A stretch of DNA of 64,000 nt from an uncultured Clostridia bacterium (GTDB taxonomy: Bacteria; Bacillota; Clostridia; Christensenellales; UBA1242): assembly GCA_944381155.1 (NCBI GenBank), contig CALWKA010000002.1, positions 40,939-104,938 on the forward strand, written 5' to 3'. Below are positions 43,674 to 55,261 of the stretch, one piece after another. Every line of letters begins with the position of its first letter. Position 1 is the stretch's first letter. The notes under the pieces were generated by a model. The model did not search any database. It was not told the origin of the DNA and worked only from the letters and a program-made list of their open reading frames with translations. Position numbers and translations under genes: made by a program.

Positions 43674-45554
43674 GTGAAAAAATTATCTGCAATTTTATTA
43701 TGCTGTTTGATGATCATTACCTGCTCGCTAGCAGGTTGTGCAACCTTTTCAATAGATAGGGTGAAATATTACAACGAAATTGTTGCCACAGTGGGTGAAA
43801 AAAATATTACGCGCGCCGACCTTTTGTCCGCATACAATAGTTATGGCTACACATATTTTGTATCTCAAAGCAATCAGTCTGAAGTTGAGGCTATGAATAG
43901 CACGCTGGATATATTAATTGATAGAGAGTTGTTGTATCAATACGCTTTGGACAATGATGATAGATACCGCCCTAGCGCATATCAAGTGAATGAAGCTATT
44001 CAATCAATGTTTGATACACTAGAGCAAGAGACTCAAACTTATGTGAACGAAGCAAAAGATATTTTCAATATTGAATCTTCCGCTTCCGCGACTGACGAAA
44101 CAGAGGAAGAAGAGACCGCATATTTATATGAAGATTATAAATATAAACCGCGCGCAAAAGTATCGGTTAGATATTATCAAGACGCTTCAAAAGAGACCAT
44201 TTCATCTACAGAAACCGAATTTAAAGAATATTATATAGAATATATCACGGAAGACGAACCCACAAACTACGAAACGCTAATTGATAGCACATATTTAAAC
44301 AATTTTAATTCGGATGGAGTTATTGATGCAATTATTGAAAAATACTTCTCCGACTTTAAAGAAAATTTAACTTATACCGAAAAGAGCGAAAATGTAGATT
44401 TAATTTACAACAAAGTTTTATCTTTGATGGCAGAAGATCTGCGTGAATATGAATATTATCTGCGTGACGAAAACGGAAAAGAATATTCAAAAGATACAGA
44501 TAGTTTAATATATAGATATTTTGAACGAAATTTCCAATCGCAAATTGAAGCCGCATATCTAACCAATATTCAAACCTACTTTTTGGAAAATGAAGATCTC
44601 AGTATTCAAGCGTTGATTGACGAATATCTATATCTCACAGAATCTAGCTATACAAAATATGTCAATCACGAAGAAACTTACAAGACTGATTTGCAAGCAA
44701 TCGGTACAAATGCAGACACAATGTATTATCACCCTACAAACCTTTCTGACGGCACAAAATTCGGATATGTTCTCCACACATTGATATCTGTGGATGGGCT
44801 AGACGAAGCATTGACCGCACTTGATTCTGATACTGAAATTAAAGATAACCCTGATTTATATGAATCTAGATACAATGCAATAATTTCTGAATATTTGGGC
44901 AATCTCGAAATTTCTGTTCGAAACCCTAAAACAGGGCTGATAGATTCAACCACGGATTTTGCTACAGTTTTGCAAGAATATAGCGAAATTACCAAAATCT
45001 CTGATTATGAAACCAAACTTAATGAATTTGTACTCTTTATGTTCAAATACACGGGTGACTATGAATCTTCCCTAGTGTCTGGTATGCCGTATGTAGTTGG
45101 CACAAATGGATATAGTCAAATGGCGGAAGCATTCACTGAAGAAGCAGAGCGCTTGATCAACGCGGGCGTAAAAGGTGGCACCACTCTTGCCAGCACAGAA
45201 AATTTGTGCGTGTCAAATTATGGTGTGCACTTCTTGTTCTATATAGGCGAAGTTGGCGACCAAGATTATTATATCCCATACGCAGACAGAGAATCTGTAT
45301 ATATTCAATCAGACAACAAATCATTTGATAATGGAAGATACAATTTGTATTATAAAATATTGAATCCTATGACAGGTGAAACCTATTTTGATATGTTGTT
45401 TGATGCAGTTTATCCTGCAGAAAGTGACGAACTAAATTATACTTCAAACACAGGGTATTCTGACCACGAAGAAGAATTGATAAACACTAGTGCAAATTTT
45501 CATAAAGTGGTAAAATACACTACAAAAATCAATTCTACCAAAACAAATATATAA
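43674..45554 (+). CDS. PrsA/SurA-like lipoprotein (foldase-type; parvulin-like motif degenerate)
   Basis: GTG start after AGGAG. Lipobox LAGC. SurA-N-like ATVGEKNITRADLL. Parvulin-like SNYGVHFLFY. Confidence 0.5.
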   Translation: MKKLSAILLCCLMIITCSLAGCATFSIDRVKYYNEIVATVGEKNITRADLLSAYNSYGYTYFVSQSNQSEVEAMNSTLDILIDRELLYQYALDNDDRYRPSAYQVNEAIQSMFDTLEQETQTYVNEAKDIFNIESSASATDETEEEETAYLYEDYKYKPRAKVSVRYYQDASKETISSTETEFKEYYIEYITEDEPTNYETLIDSTYLNNFNSDGVIDAIIEKYFSDFKENLTYTEKSENVDLIYNKVLSLMAEDLREYEYYLRDENGKEYSKDTDSLIYRYFERNFQSQIEAAYLTNIQTYFLENEDLSIQALIDEYLYLTESSYTKYVNHEETYKTDLQAIGTNADTMYYHPTNLSDGTKFGYVLHTLISVDGLDEALTALDSDTEIKDNPDLYESRYNAIISEYLGNLEISVRNPKTGLIDSTTDFATVLQEYSEITKISDYETKLNEFVLFMFKYTGDYESSLVSGMPYVVGTNGYSQMAEAFTEEAERLINAGVKGGTTLASTENLCVSNYGVHFLFYIGEVGDQDYYIPYADRESVYIQSDNKSFDNGRYNLYYKILNPMTGETYFDMLFDAVYPAESDELNYTSNTGYSDHEEELINTSANFHKVVKYTTKINSTKTNI

Positions 45555-45566
45555 TTAAAATTTTGA

Positions 45567-45596
45567 AAAGCATATCATATAGATATGCTTTTTTTT
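45567..45596 (+). terminator. Terminator
   Basis: AAGCATATC-ATATA-GATATGCTT followed by T6. Confidence 0.75.
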
Positions 45597-45858
45597 AACT
45601 TTTAGATTAAAGTGTTTTATCTACTAAAAAATCAAAAAGTTAATGTTAAAATATTGAACTTACAACAGCGAAAAAAACTAAAATTTACATTAAAATATTT
45701 TTATTTAATTTCAAAATAATCATACTAAATTCACATTTTCTATTTCTGGAAATTTTATTTCAAAATAAAATCTAAAAAAATATGTTTTAATCATAAAATT
45801 TTCGTATAAATTCAATTTTATATCACAAAATAGAATTGTAAATTGAAGGAGAAATTTT

Positions 45859-46461
45859 ATGGCAAATACAAAATCAAAAGTTAAACGCGGAGTCTCTGGC
45901 TCTACCATTGCAATCATTGCTCTATCAATCTTGTTGCTAACCGCTATTGGTATAGGAATCACTTTGGCATATTTCACATCTACCACCAATGTAACGGGGA
46001 ATATCACATTGGGAGATCCCGTCACCATTTCTATCACGCAAGGGGGTGCGTCTGTTTCTTCTCTAACATTTGACGGAGATGCGCTACCTGGCACAGTGTA
46101 TAGTCAATCAATTGGCGTGCAGGCACCTTCTGAAATGACAGAAGCTTTGATGCGTGCAAAGCTCACTATCACAAACACGGACGGAGCCACGACAAATGTA
46201 GAAGCTAGCACGACTAGTGATTGGCAATTGGGAGATGATCAATATCATTATTATAAAGGCACGGTCAATGCTGATGATAAAATAGATTTCATCACGACTA
46301 TCACTGTTCCAACTTCTCTAACAAATGCAGACGCGAACAAAACTTACACAATTGATGTGATAGTAGAGACAATTCAGCAAGCGAACAACGCCGCAAACGC
46401 AGTGTGGAACACCGCACCTAGCGATTGGTTAGAAACATATTCACCCGCTAGCGCAGGTTAA
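45859..46461 (+). CDS. SipW-dependent-type signal-peptide protein (TasA/camelysin-like secreted protein)
   Basis: N-terminus KSKVKRGVSGSTIAIIALSILLLTAIGIGITLAYFTS is typical of the SipW-cognate signal class. GAAGGAG Shine-Dalgarno. Confidence 0.6.
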   Translation: MANTKSKVKRGVSGSTIAIIALSILLLTAIGIGITLAYFTSTTNVTGNITLGDPVTISITQGGASVSSLTFDGDALPGTVYSQSIGVQAPSEMTEALMRAKLTITNTDGATTNVEASTTSDWQLGDDQYHYYKGTVNADDKIDFITTITVPTSLTNADANKTYTIDVIVETIQQANNAANAVWNTAPSDWLETYSPASAG

Positions 46462-46529
46462 AAAAAAAGGATACCCGATCAAGCGTGAGCCTAGCATAAA
46501 AATTGGTTCACACTAAAGGTATCCTTTTT
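46461..46529. terminator. Bidirectional nested hairpin between convergent genes
   Basis: AAAGGATACC (46466-46475) pairs with GGTATCCTTT (46518-46527). Inner pair GTGAGCC/GGTTCAC. A-run upstream and T-run downstream. Confidence 0.7.
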
Positions 46530-46530
46530 C

Positions 46531-47118
46531 TTATTTGTCACCCAAAGATAGATAATCATTTGGATCGACCTTTACTCCATTGACAGTCATTTCAAAATGA
46601 AGATGCGCGCCCGTATTAGACTCTTGTGCCATACTGTCCGCCACTTGCCCTATGATTTGACCCGCGCTGACACTATCTCCTACCGCAACACTAACTTCGC
46701 TATTCAAAGATTTGTATACAGACACAATTCCGTCCGAATGACTAATCTCTATCACCGTGCCTTCCAGATAATTAGTATAGACATTTGAAACTGTTCCGTC
46801 TGCCACTGCATACACATTGAGATCATCGCTCGCTAAAAAATCTATAGCTTTGTGAATCTCCCATTGTCTCAAAGTGTCGTTGTATTGCAATTCGCTACCC
46901 GAATAATCTTTCACTATGCTAGCGTTTTGCATAGGCACCACAAAACTAGCAGTTGATACATCTATTCCGTCCTCTCCAATCTTTGCTTTGCTATTAGAAT
47001 TATTTGTGCTCACCAGCGCTATAGTCACCGCACAGGCTATCACCAAAATTCCTATCAAGACAGCATAGACATAATTCATCGCTATTTTTTTCTTTTGTTG
47101 AGAGTTAGCTTTGTCCAT
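46531..47118 (-). CDS. Membrane-anchored M23 (LytM-type) metallopeptidase
   Basis: HKAIDF and GAHLHFE zinc motifs, N-terminal TM helix, GAAGGAGGG Shine-Dalgarno before ATG 47118. Confidence 0.8.
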   Translation of the reverse strand: MDKANSQQKKKIAMNYVYAVLIGILVIACAVTIALVSTNNSNSKAKIGEDGIDVSTASFVVPMQNASIVKDYSGSELQYNDTLRQWEIHKAIDFLASDDLNVYAVADGTVSNVYTNYLEGTVIEISHSDGIVSVYKSLNSEVSVAVGDSVSAGQIIGQVADSMAQESNTGAHLHFEMTVNGVKVDPNDYLSLGDK

Positions 47119-47171
47119 TATTCCCTCCTTCAAGAGAATGATAGACAAATTTTCAATATTTAAACATAAAT

Positions 47172-47597
47172 TTAAAAACTTCCTAAAATCAATGGCCAAC
47201 CTATGATAGAATAGTCATCATAATGTGCCAATTGAATATTTACTTTTTTGCCATTGACCTGTACAAATTTTTTTATTTTATCAGTATAAGCATATATCAC
47301 ACTCGCGCCCGTATCTAAACATTCGCTAAATATTATTGTTGCATTCAAACTTTGCAATGCAGAAACCGGTTCAAAATTGTATATCTTCATACTTTCGCCT
47401 ATTATTTCGTCCGATGTTTCAAGCGGTGTACTGCTCATATAACAACTACCCAAAAAGACACTATCTACCCCCTGTTTGTTTGAAGTGTAAACATAATATT
47501 CCCCACTAAAATAATCAAGGAGAGTAAAATTTGATTTGTACCCAACATTGCCAATCAAGACTAAAAACACCACAATTACCAAAAATAGTTTTTTCAT
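47172..47597 (-). CDS. Hypothetical exported protein
   Basis: 141 aa with signal-like MKKLFLVIVVFLVLIGNVG. Co-directional with the M23 gene. Confidence 0.4.
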   Translation of the reverse strand: MKKLFLVIVVFLVLIGNVGYKSNFTLLDYFSGEYYVYTSNKQGVDSVFLGSCYMSSTPLETSDEIIGESMKIYNFEPVSALQSLNATIIFSECLDTGASVIYAYTDKIKKFVQVNGKKVNIQLAHYDDYSIIGWPLILGSF

Positions 47598-47739
47598 ATT
47601 TTGATTATATGGTCAAAATCGCGATTTTAATCACCGAATCAAAAAGAAAATTGTAAATTTAATAAATTTTTTTATTCTAATGAAAATAAAATAATGAAAA
47701 TCTCGATCTTAATATTTTTCACCGATTTTAAAATTTATA

Positions 47740-48693
47740 TTAGATTCCAAAAATGTCGTACAAATATAAATATGACAAAATCCCGGTATTGTTTTTGCAA
47801 TACTCTTTCATCTTGATCAAAATATCTTTTATGTTTTGCACGCTAAATTCATCACAAATAGTCAATCTATCCAAAATCGCATTCCTACATTTTTCACAAA
47901 TATTATTAACACAATGGAAATTCAAATTGATAATGTTTGCAAACATTTCATTATTAGCCATAGCATAAAACTTGTCCACCAAGGCATAATTTTCTTTTAC
48001 TGATTTGTATATGTCCACCAAAGAGAGCGTTTGGTTTTTGATCCCCTTCACTAGCAACGAAAAGCCCGTGATCAACAGATAATCAACAATTGGCAAAAAT
48101 TTATATTCTATGTTGCAACCCTTCAAAATTTGAATATCTACAAATTCGAATTCCTTGTCCACCAAATTTATCAAATCTAAACTTTTAGTTTGTGACAGTA
48201 TTTGAATATCAAAAATTTCATCAAACTGATGAGATTGAAAAAACAAGACATTTTTCAAATAATTGTAAAATTTATTGAAAAACAAACTGAAAATCAACTC
48301 AATGTCTACTACTTGATTTTTCATTATTAAGTAATCAGTGTTTGCATTTTCCACATTATTTTTTTGATTCAAAAAATACGGCAAAATTGCATTGCTTCGC
48401 ACAAAATAAATATTAATAAATTCGCTCTTATCAAAATCGAGTGACAAAAATGAATCTATTGAACAAAAATAAATTATACATCTATATCCGTTGTATATTT
48501 CGTTTAAGTTTTCCCTTTCTCTATTAATGTCTATTTTATTGAAAATACAACTCTCTTTGATAGAATTATAAACATTCGTTATTTCAAAATTTGTAACCGT
48601 GTCATCGTATAAAAGCATCAATTTTTGATATTTGCATTTGCCTTCCACGATTTTCAAAATACTTGTAAAAAAGTCACCATTTATGATATTCAT
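47740..48693 (-). CDS. Hypothetical protein (317 aa)
   Basis: Long ORF with no recognisable motif. TGtTATTAT extended -10 lies exactly 6 nt before the ATG. Confidence 0.4.
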   Translation of the reverse strand: MNIINGDFFTSILKIVEGKCKYQKLMLLYDDTVTNFEITNVYNSIKESCIFNKIDINRERENLNEIYNGYRCIIYFCSIDSFLSLDFDKSEFINIYFVRSNAILPYFLNQKNNVENANTDYLIMKNQVVDIELIFSLFFNKFYNYLKNVLFFQSHQFDEIFDIQILSQTKSLDLINLVDKEFEFVDIQILKGCNIEYKFLPIVDYLLITGFSLLVKGIKNQTLSLVDIYKSVKENYALVDKFYAMANNEMFANIINLNFHCVNNICEKCRNAILDRLTICDEFSVQNIKDILIKMKEYCKNNTGILSYLYLYDIFGI

Positions 48694-48837
48694 ACGAACA
48701 TAATAACATATATTTTTACATAAAAAACAAGATAACTAATCGAAATTAATAATATATTGACGAATTTTAGCATATTAAAATTATTTGCTTTACTTTTTGA
48801 TTTTATTATTATAAAATAGAATTAGGAGGCTAAAAAA

Positions 48838-49065
48838 ATGGATGAAAAGATCATAAATCTCATTGCTGACAAATTGGGCAAGAAAAAAGAATCAATCAAA
48901 ATGGAATCTCGCCTTGTGGAAGATTTAGGAGCAGATAGTCTTGATGTGGTTGAACTCATTATGACATTTGAAGAAGAATTTGGCGTATCTTTGCCAGATG
49001 AAGATGTTTCTAAATTGAAGACTGTCGGAGATATTATTAAATATATTAAAAATATCAAAAAATAA
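48838..49065 (+). CDS. acpP: Acyl carrier protein
   Basis: LGADSLDVVELIM phosphopantetheine site. AGGAGG Shine-Dalgarno. Confidence 0.85.
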   Translation: MDEKIINLIADKLGKKKESIKMESRLVEDLGADSLDVVELIMTFEEEFGVSLPDEDVSKLKTVGDIIKYIKNIKK

Positions 49066-49454
49066 TATGAATTTATTTATATCAGCGCAAAATTTTATAA
49101 CTGCCCGATTATAGATATTAAGTTTTAAGACTAAAAGTGAAAAAATTATATTTTAACTTTGTCAACATAAAATATTTTAATATTATAATCATTTGAATTT
49201 TGATATTTTATTATTTTCTGCAATTAAGAATTTTAACAAAAATTTTAAACTAACCACAAATAAAAATATAAACACGGCTAAAATATTATTTTAACAAAAA
49301 ATCAAACGCAGATAAATATTATTTTACTATCTCAATTCAATATTGATATGTCACTAATTGAAACTTAAAAAGACCGCACAAGCGGTCCTTTTTTAATCGT
49401 TCGCTGTCTGCTCCGTTCAAATTTGAACAAACTAAAAATTGCTGGTTATTTTAA

Positions 49455-50039
49455 TTAAACATTGTAATCGTTATCTACCAAATAATTGTATAGATCTGCA
49501 AAATTAGCATTCAATAGATAGTATCTATAATATGAATTATTGGTATTGTAATCGCCGTTTGAATTGTAATAAGGTATTATATAAACTCTTACTTCTTGCA
49601 TATCATCCGTGCTAGCCACTGAAAATATTAATTCCTTGTAATAAACAATTTCTCCGTCCTCGTCTTTATACTCGTTCTTGCCATCCATAAGTTTTTGCGG
49701 ATTGTCATACACAAAAGAGACTTGGAAGTCTGATGTGGAAGGGACCGAACTAGCAGATGTGGTAGAATTGGTCACAATAGTTGGTTTGTCGTTCAGTGTG
49801 CCAGAAAATAGCGCTGTCAAACTAGATTCTGTGCTTGCCTGATTGATTCTATCCAAAATTCCGTCATAGATTTCATCATCCGCTTCCCTAATGTTGTTTG
49901 ATGAATATTTAACATAGATGTAATCAGGATTGTTGCAATTGATCTTGTGATTAACATCAACATTAGCCATTATTATTGTAGCGATTATCAATACTGCGAT
50001 TATTGACAAACTTACAATTGCCGTTATTTTTTTTGCCAT
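49455..50039 (-). CDS. Hypothetical N-terminally anchored protein
   Basis: TM helix ITAIVSLSIIAVLIIATIIMA. AGGAGAA Shine-Dalgarno. Confidence 0.4.
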   Translation of the reverse strand: MAKKITAIVSLSIIAVLIIATIIMANVDVNHKINCNNPDYIYVKYSSNNIREADDEIYDGILDRINQASTESSLTALFSGTLNDKPTIVTNSTTSASSVPSTSDFQVSFVYDNPQKLMDGKNEYKDEDGEIVYYKELIFSVASTDDMQEVRVYIIPYYNSNGDYNTNNSYYRYYLLNANFADLYNYLVDNDYNV

Positions 50040-50089
50040 AAATTTTCTCCTATATAATAATATAATAAACTAAAAATTAAATCAAGCGA

Positions 50090-52402
50090 TTATTTGCTAT
50101 TTTTATCATCGTCTTTTTCTTGTTTGTTTGCTTGTTTGCTATCTTTTGCAGTCTTTTCCGCATTTTCACTCTGATTTTTTTCTACATTTTGCGGATCAGG
50201 TTCATTAGCCTGCTCATTTTTGCTAGCAAGTTTTTCCTTATTTTCCACCAACTCGTGCAGGTCAACACTATTTTTACCTAGCATTTTGTTTAGTTCTTCA
50301 ATCTCTTTTTCTGCCTCTTTTTTAATATTTTCCAAATCTTGCCTTGTTATAACACCCACTCTAGCCAAAGCTTCAGCATTTTCTATCCTAGACTTGATCT
50401 CTCTTGATTTCTTTTCTTCCAAAGCTTCGCGCTTTGCCTTTTCTTGATATTCGCGCTTTTCTTTTTCTTTTTTATCGATTGCGATTTCCACTTCTTCCAC
50501 AGACGCGCCATTGAACAGCATTTCAAATTCTTCTTTGTAAATAGTTTCTTTGTCTAGCAAAATCTTTTCTACTTTTTCAATCACATCCTTTTTGCTAGAT
50601 AAAATTTTCTTTGCTTGAGCGTGTGCGTTGTCTATGATTTGTTTCACTTCTTCGTCAATCTTGCACGCCAATTCTTGACTATATGGAACCTGTCGCTGAT
50701 AATCTCTGCCCACAAAAATTTCTTCGCCTTCGCCAAAACTAACTAGCCCCAAACTTTCGCTCATTCCCCATTCTGCTACCATCTTCCTAGCAATCTTGGT
50801 GGCGCGTTCAATATCATTTGATGCTCCTGTGGTGATATCGTCCAACATCAATTCTTCTGCTGTACGCCCACCCAACATCATTGTGATAGAATCTAATAAT
50901 TTTTGTTTAGGCATATGCGTTCTGTCTTTTTCGTCAAATGTAAGCGTGTATCCGCCCGCATTTCCGCGCGGAATGACAGATATTTCTTGCACATTGTCAC
51001 AATTTGGCAAAGTTTCTGCAATTATTGCGTGCCCTGCTTCGTGAATCGCGGTGATATGCCTATCCTGCTCGGTGATAACGCGCGACACTTTCTTTGGCCC
51101 CATCAAAACTTTGTTCAATCCTTCTTGGATATCTATCATAGTGATTTTGTATCGTCCGTCACGCGCAGTGAGCAAAGCTGCTTCGTTTAGCACATTTTCA
51201 ATATCTGCACCAGCCAATCCGCTCGTCAAACGCGCAATTCGTTTGATATCCACATCATCGCTCAAAGGTTTATTTCTAGCGTGCACTTTGATGATTTCTT
51301 CCCTACCTTTCACATCTGGCAAGTGTACATAGATCTGCCTATCAAAACGACCTGGTCTAGTGAGTGCAGGGTCCAAAACATCCGCCCTGTTCGTTGCCGC
51401 CAAAACTATAATACCACTGTTAGTTTCAAAGCCATCCATTTCAACCAACAATTGATTAAGAGTTTGCTCTCTTTCGTCGTTTCCGCCACCCAAGCCTGCG
51501 CCACGCTGTCTACCCACAGCGTCAATTTCGTCAATGAAAACAATACAAGGTGCGCTAGCCTTTGCTCCTTCAAACAAGTCGCGCACTCTGCTCGCGCCCA
51601 CACCTACATATAGCTCCACAAAGTCACTACCAGATATGCTAAAGAATGGTACTTTGCTTTCGCCCGCAACTGCTTTTGCTAGCAAAGTTTTACCCGTTCC
51701 AGGCGGACCTACCAACAATACGCCTTTCGGTATTCTTGCACCCAACTCTGTGAATCTAGACGGATTTTTCAAAAATTCAACGATTTCTTTCAACTCTTGC
51801 TTTTCTTCTTCCGCGCCAGCCACATCTGAAAACTTAACATTTGATGATACCACCAAACGCGCTTTGCTTTTGCCAAATCCAAAGCCCTTGCTATTGCCAG
51901 ACATTGCTTTGAACAAAAATATTCCAATAATAACGACGATCACAATGTTTAAAATTGGCAATATATTTGATATCCAAGAAGCCGATTCATACGAATAACT
52001 TGCTTGTACCAGCACTGCGCCGTCTTTCAAAGTAAGACTTCCGTCCACTTCATCATTATTGTCAATAACGCCGTCCCCGTTGATATCCACATACAAACTA
52101 TTGTTGTATTCTGTGATAAAGGCGGTCAATTGATCCACGCTCATAAATGAACAATATGCATCCACTTTGTCAGGGAATCTGCTTTCAGCCACGCCGTCAA
52201 CCGTCCTTATACGCACGGTATAGCCATACACATCAATTTCTGCCACTTCGCCATTGGTGACCATCTGTTGAAATTCGGTATAACTGATTTCTTTGCTTTT
52301 ATTGTTGTTTGACATCACCCAATACACCAATATAGCCACTAACACAACTCCAATGATAAAGTATATAATGGTTTTCCACGAGTTGTTTTTCTTTTTTTCC
52401 AT
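50090..52402 (-). CDS. ftsH: ATP-dependent zinc metalloprotease FtsH with a long Lys/Glu-rich C-terminal tail
   Basis: [16 protein letters not shown] region, HEAGHAI zinc site. Confidence 0.95.
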   Translation of the reverse strand: MEKKKNNSWKTIIYFIIGVVLVAILVYWVMSNNNKSKEISYTEFQQMVTNGEVAEIDVYGYTVRIRTVDGVAESRFPDKVDAYCSFMSVDQLTAFITEYNNSLYVDINGDGVIDNNDEVDGSLTLKDGAVLVQASYSYESASWISNILPILNIVIVVIIGIFLFKAMSGNSKGFGFGKSKARLVVSSNVKFSDVAGAEEEKQELKEIVEFLKNPSRFTELGARIPKGVLLVGPPGTGKTLLAKAVAGESKVPFFSISGSDFVELYVGVGASRVRDLFEGAKASAPCIVFIDEIDAVGRQRGAGLGGGNDEREQTLNQLLVEMDGFETNSGIIVLAATNRADVLDPALTRPGRFDRQIYVHLPDVKGREEIIKVHARNKPLSDDVDIKRIARLTSGLAGADIENVLNEAALLTARDGRYKITMIDIQEGLNKVLMGPKKVSRVITEQDRHITAIHEAGHAIIAETLPNCDNVQEISVIPRGNAGGYTLTFDEKDRTHMPKQKLLDSITMMLGGRTAEELMLDDITTGASNDIERATKIARKMVAEWGMSESLGLVSFGEGEEIFVGRDYQRQVPYSQELACKIDEEVKQIIDNAHAQAKKILSSKKDVIEKVEKILLDKETIYKEEFEMLFNGASVEEVEIAIDKKEKEKREYQEKAKREALEEKKSREIKSRIENAEALARVGVITRQDLENIKKEAEKEIEELNKMLGKNSVDLHELVENKEKLASKNEQANEPDPQNVEKNQSENAEKTAKDSKQANKQEKDDDKNSK

Positions 52403-52950
52403 TTTTCACCTCAGTAGTTTATATTATAACATAAATCAAAAATATTAACAAATATTTTGAATAAATTAAACTTATATTTTCCTATTATGTAAAAAATAAT
52501 TATAAAATCAAAACATAATTAATATTTTAACTTATCTTATTTATATTCTATCTATTAAGAATAAATTTGTTTAGCGAGATTTCGCCAAACTATAGAAATA
52601 TAACATAGTAGTAGTTGAGTTGTCAACTAAAATGAGTATAAATAAAAAATTGATGAAAAAAATATTAATTGAAATTTTAAATACCAGATCAATATTAGTC
52701 AGTCATCATTTTTTTCAGTCATCATATTTTTTACATATTTTTTTTAATAAACAATTTTTTATAAATAAAGCAATCGCAACAATCGTATAGAAAATTTGAT
52801 AAAATTATAAAATTCCAAATTTTTTGTTCAAAATCGCTATCACTTTTTGGAACAAAAACGCACTATGTTGTAATAAATTGTAAATAACGAACTTATCAAA
52901 TTAGTTTACAAACAAAACATTTTATGTTAAAATTCAATAAAGGAGTTTCT

Positions 52951-53721
52951 ATGATGGCTACAATTGGTCTCATAATAGATGTGTTGATTATCGGTGCATT
53001 AGTTATATTTGGCATAATCGGCTTCAACAAAGGATTTTTGAAATCATTCATATCATTGTTTAGTTGGGTAGTGTGCATTATTATCGCAATCTTTACCGCA
53101 AAATATGTGGCTAGTTGGATCAACGGAATTTATGATTTTTCCGCTCTGATTGGGGACAAAATTGCCAACGGATTGATAAACGCAAACGAATTCTTTGCCC
53201 GCGCCGTATCCGAGTTCTCTAGCACTGAAGATATTATCAACAATCTGCCTAGCGATCTAAACGGACTATTGCGTCAATTGATAAAAGTCGTATTCTCAAA
53301 CACTTCGGTGGATATGTCTAGCACGGACAGCATCGCAAGCATTGTCGGATCGTCATTAGGTCACATTTGTATGGTTATAATAGCCGGAATATTGGTATTC
53401 ATCATATTGAAAATCGTCATTGCCTTGCTGTCGAGATTATTTGACAATATTGCCCGCACAAAAATTCTTGGCGGTTTAAATAAGGTATTCGGTTTGCTAT
53501 TTGGATTGCTAAAAGCCGGATGCGTCATCGTATTGCTAAACTGCATATTGGTAGCACTATCTTTGATCCCTGCGGTGAACGACACTATCACCCCGCTCAT
53601 TCAGGACAATACACATATTGAAAAAGTTATTTACAATAAAACAGATGAATTTATTGGAAAATATATTATTGAAGGCGATGTAATTGAAGATTGGATCACA
53701 GATTTGTGGAACTCGCGTTAA
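52951..53721 (+). CDS. cvpA: CvpA-family membrane protein
   Basis: Start after AAAGGAG. DVLIIGALVIFGIIGFNKGFLKSF opening is typical of CvpA. Four or five TM helices. Confidence 0.6.
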   Translation: MMATIGLIIDVLIIGALVIFGIIGFNKGFLKSFISLFSWVVCIIIAIFTAKYVASWINGIYDFSALIGDKIANGLINANEFFARAVSEFSSTEDIINNLPSDLNGLLRQLIKVVFSNTSVDMSSTDSIASIVGSSLGHICMVIIAGILVFIILKIVIALLSRLFDNIARTKILGGLNKVFGLLFGLLKAGCVIVLLNCILVALSLIPAVNDTITPLIQDNTHIEKVIYNKTDEFIGKYIIEGDVIEDWITDLWNSR

Positions 53722-53732
53722 AAGGAAAATTT

Positions 53733-54962
53733 ATGAATTTATTTGAAACTTTAAAAGATAGAAATTTATTATACCAATCAACAGATGAAGAAAAATTAAA
53801 AAATTTATTATCCAATGAGAAAATAACGGTTTATTCAGGCACAGATCCCACAGCGGACAGTTTGCATATAGGTCACTGCGTGCCCTGCACTATTTTGCGC
53901 CGTTTTCAACAGGCTGGTCATAAAGTAATCATATTGGTTGGCGGAGCAACCGCCGCTATCGGCGATCCTACAGGCAAGACAGATATGCGTCCAATGCTTT
54001 CAAAAGAGCAGTTGAAGCACAACATAGAAGGCATAAAACGCGCATATAGCAAATTTTTGCGTTTTGACGGGGACAACCCTGCCATCATTGTGAACAACGC
54101 CGACTGGTTCAAAGGGTATGATTATGTAGACTTTATGCGTGATGTTGGCGTGCACTTCAATGTAAATAAAATGATGGCAAACGAGATATATTCAAAGCGA
54201 ATTCAAGAAGGCGGTCTTACTTTCTTTGAAATGGGTTATATGCTAATGCAGGCTTATGACTTTTTGTATCTAAACAAAAAATATAATTGCGTTCTACAAT
54301 GGGGAGGCGCTGACCAATGGGGAAACATCGTGGCAGGTGTGGAATTGGGCAGAAAACTTAACTTCTTGGATAACAAAAATCGCATTATGATAGGCGCCAC
54401 CAACCCACTTCTTCTCACTCCGGAAGGCAAAAAAATGGGTAAGACAGAAAAGGGTGCTATTTGGATTGAAAAAGATAAAATTTCTGCATACGATTTCTAT
54501 CAAGGAATTTATCAAACTCCAGACGCGTGCGTAGAGATGATGTTTGCACTATTCACAGATATTGCTATGGACGAAGTGCGCAGTTTAATAAAATCAGACA
54601 TAGTAGCGAGCAAAAAGCGCCTTGCCTTTGAAATCACGAAATTCATTCGCGGGGAACAAGACGCTATTGAAGCAGAAAAAATGAGCACGAATTTATTTTC
54701 ATCAAACAATATTGACAAAGACAATGCGCCAAGTATTGAACTTGAAATCAATGGCGAAGAAATTGGCGTGCTTGATTTGATGACGCTAGCCAAATTCACC
54801 CAATCAAACGGCGAAGCAAGGCGCCTAATACAACAAAATGGTTTGAGTATGGATGGTGAAAACATTTCTGATCCGCAAATGAAAATTGAAGTATCAAAGT
54901 TAAAAGACGGAATTTTATTCAAAAAGGGAAAGAAAAATTATCTACTAATTAAAGCAAAATAA
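53733..54962 (+). CDS. tyrS: Tyrosine--tRNA ligase
   Basis: HIGH motif (SLHIGH), KMSKS-type KMGKT, C-terminal S4 domain. Start at the ATG after AAAGGA. Confidence 0.9.
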   Translation: MNLFETLKDRNLLYQSTDEEKLKNLLSNEKITVYSGTDPTADSLHIGHCVPCTILRRFQQAGHKVIILVGGATAAIGDPTGKTDMRPMLSKEQLKHNIEGIKRAYSKFLRFDGDNPAIIVNNADWFKGYDYVDFMRDVGVHFNVNKMMANEIYSKRIQEGGLTFFEMGYMLMQAYDFLYLNKKYNCVLQWGGADQWGNIVAGVELGRKLNFLDNKNRIMIGATNPLLLTPEGKKMGKTEKGAIWIEKDKISAYDFYQGIYQTPDACVEMMFALFTDIAMDEVRSLIKSDIVASKKRLAFEITKFIRGEQDAIEAEKMSTNLFSSNNIDKDNAPSIELEINGEEIGVLDLMTLAKFTQSNGEARRLIQQNGLSMDGENISDPQMKIEVSKLKDGILFKKGKKNYLLIKAK

Positions 54963-55261
54963 AATTAAAAAACATTACAACATAGTACACAAAATACAAT
55001 ATAAAACACTTTGAAAACGAAAAGAAAAAAATAATAAAATATCCGAAAATATTATAAAATTTTTAATCAAAAAAATATTTTAAAATTCAATTAACTAACA
55101 AAAAACTGTTGTGATATCACAACAGTTTTTTTATGCCTAAAATAAAATTATTTATATTCCCATATATCTAATTATATTAACTATTAAGGATGTATATAAA
55201 ATGATATATAAACTTATTTTAGTTTTGCCAATTTATATTTTTTATTTTTCATTACTCAAAA

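Noticed and set aside
50090-50500. FtsH C-terminal Lys/Glu-rich extension as a separate feature or fused gene
   Set aside because: It is continuous in frame with the protease domain and has no internal start or Shine-Dalgarno. Charged tails are common in FtsH of low-GC bacteria, so it is noted only in the feature call.
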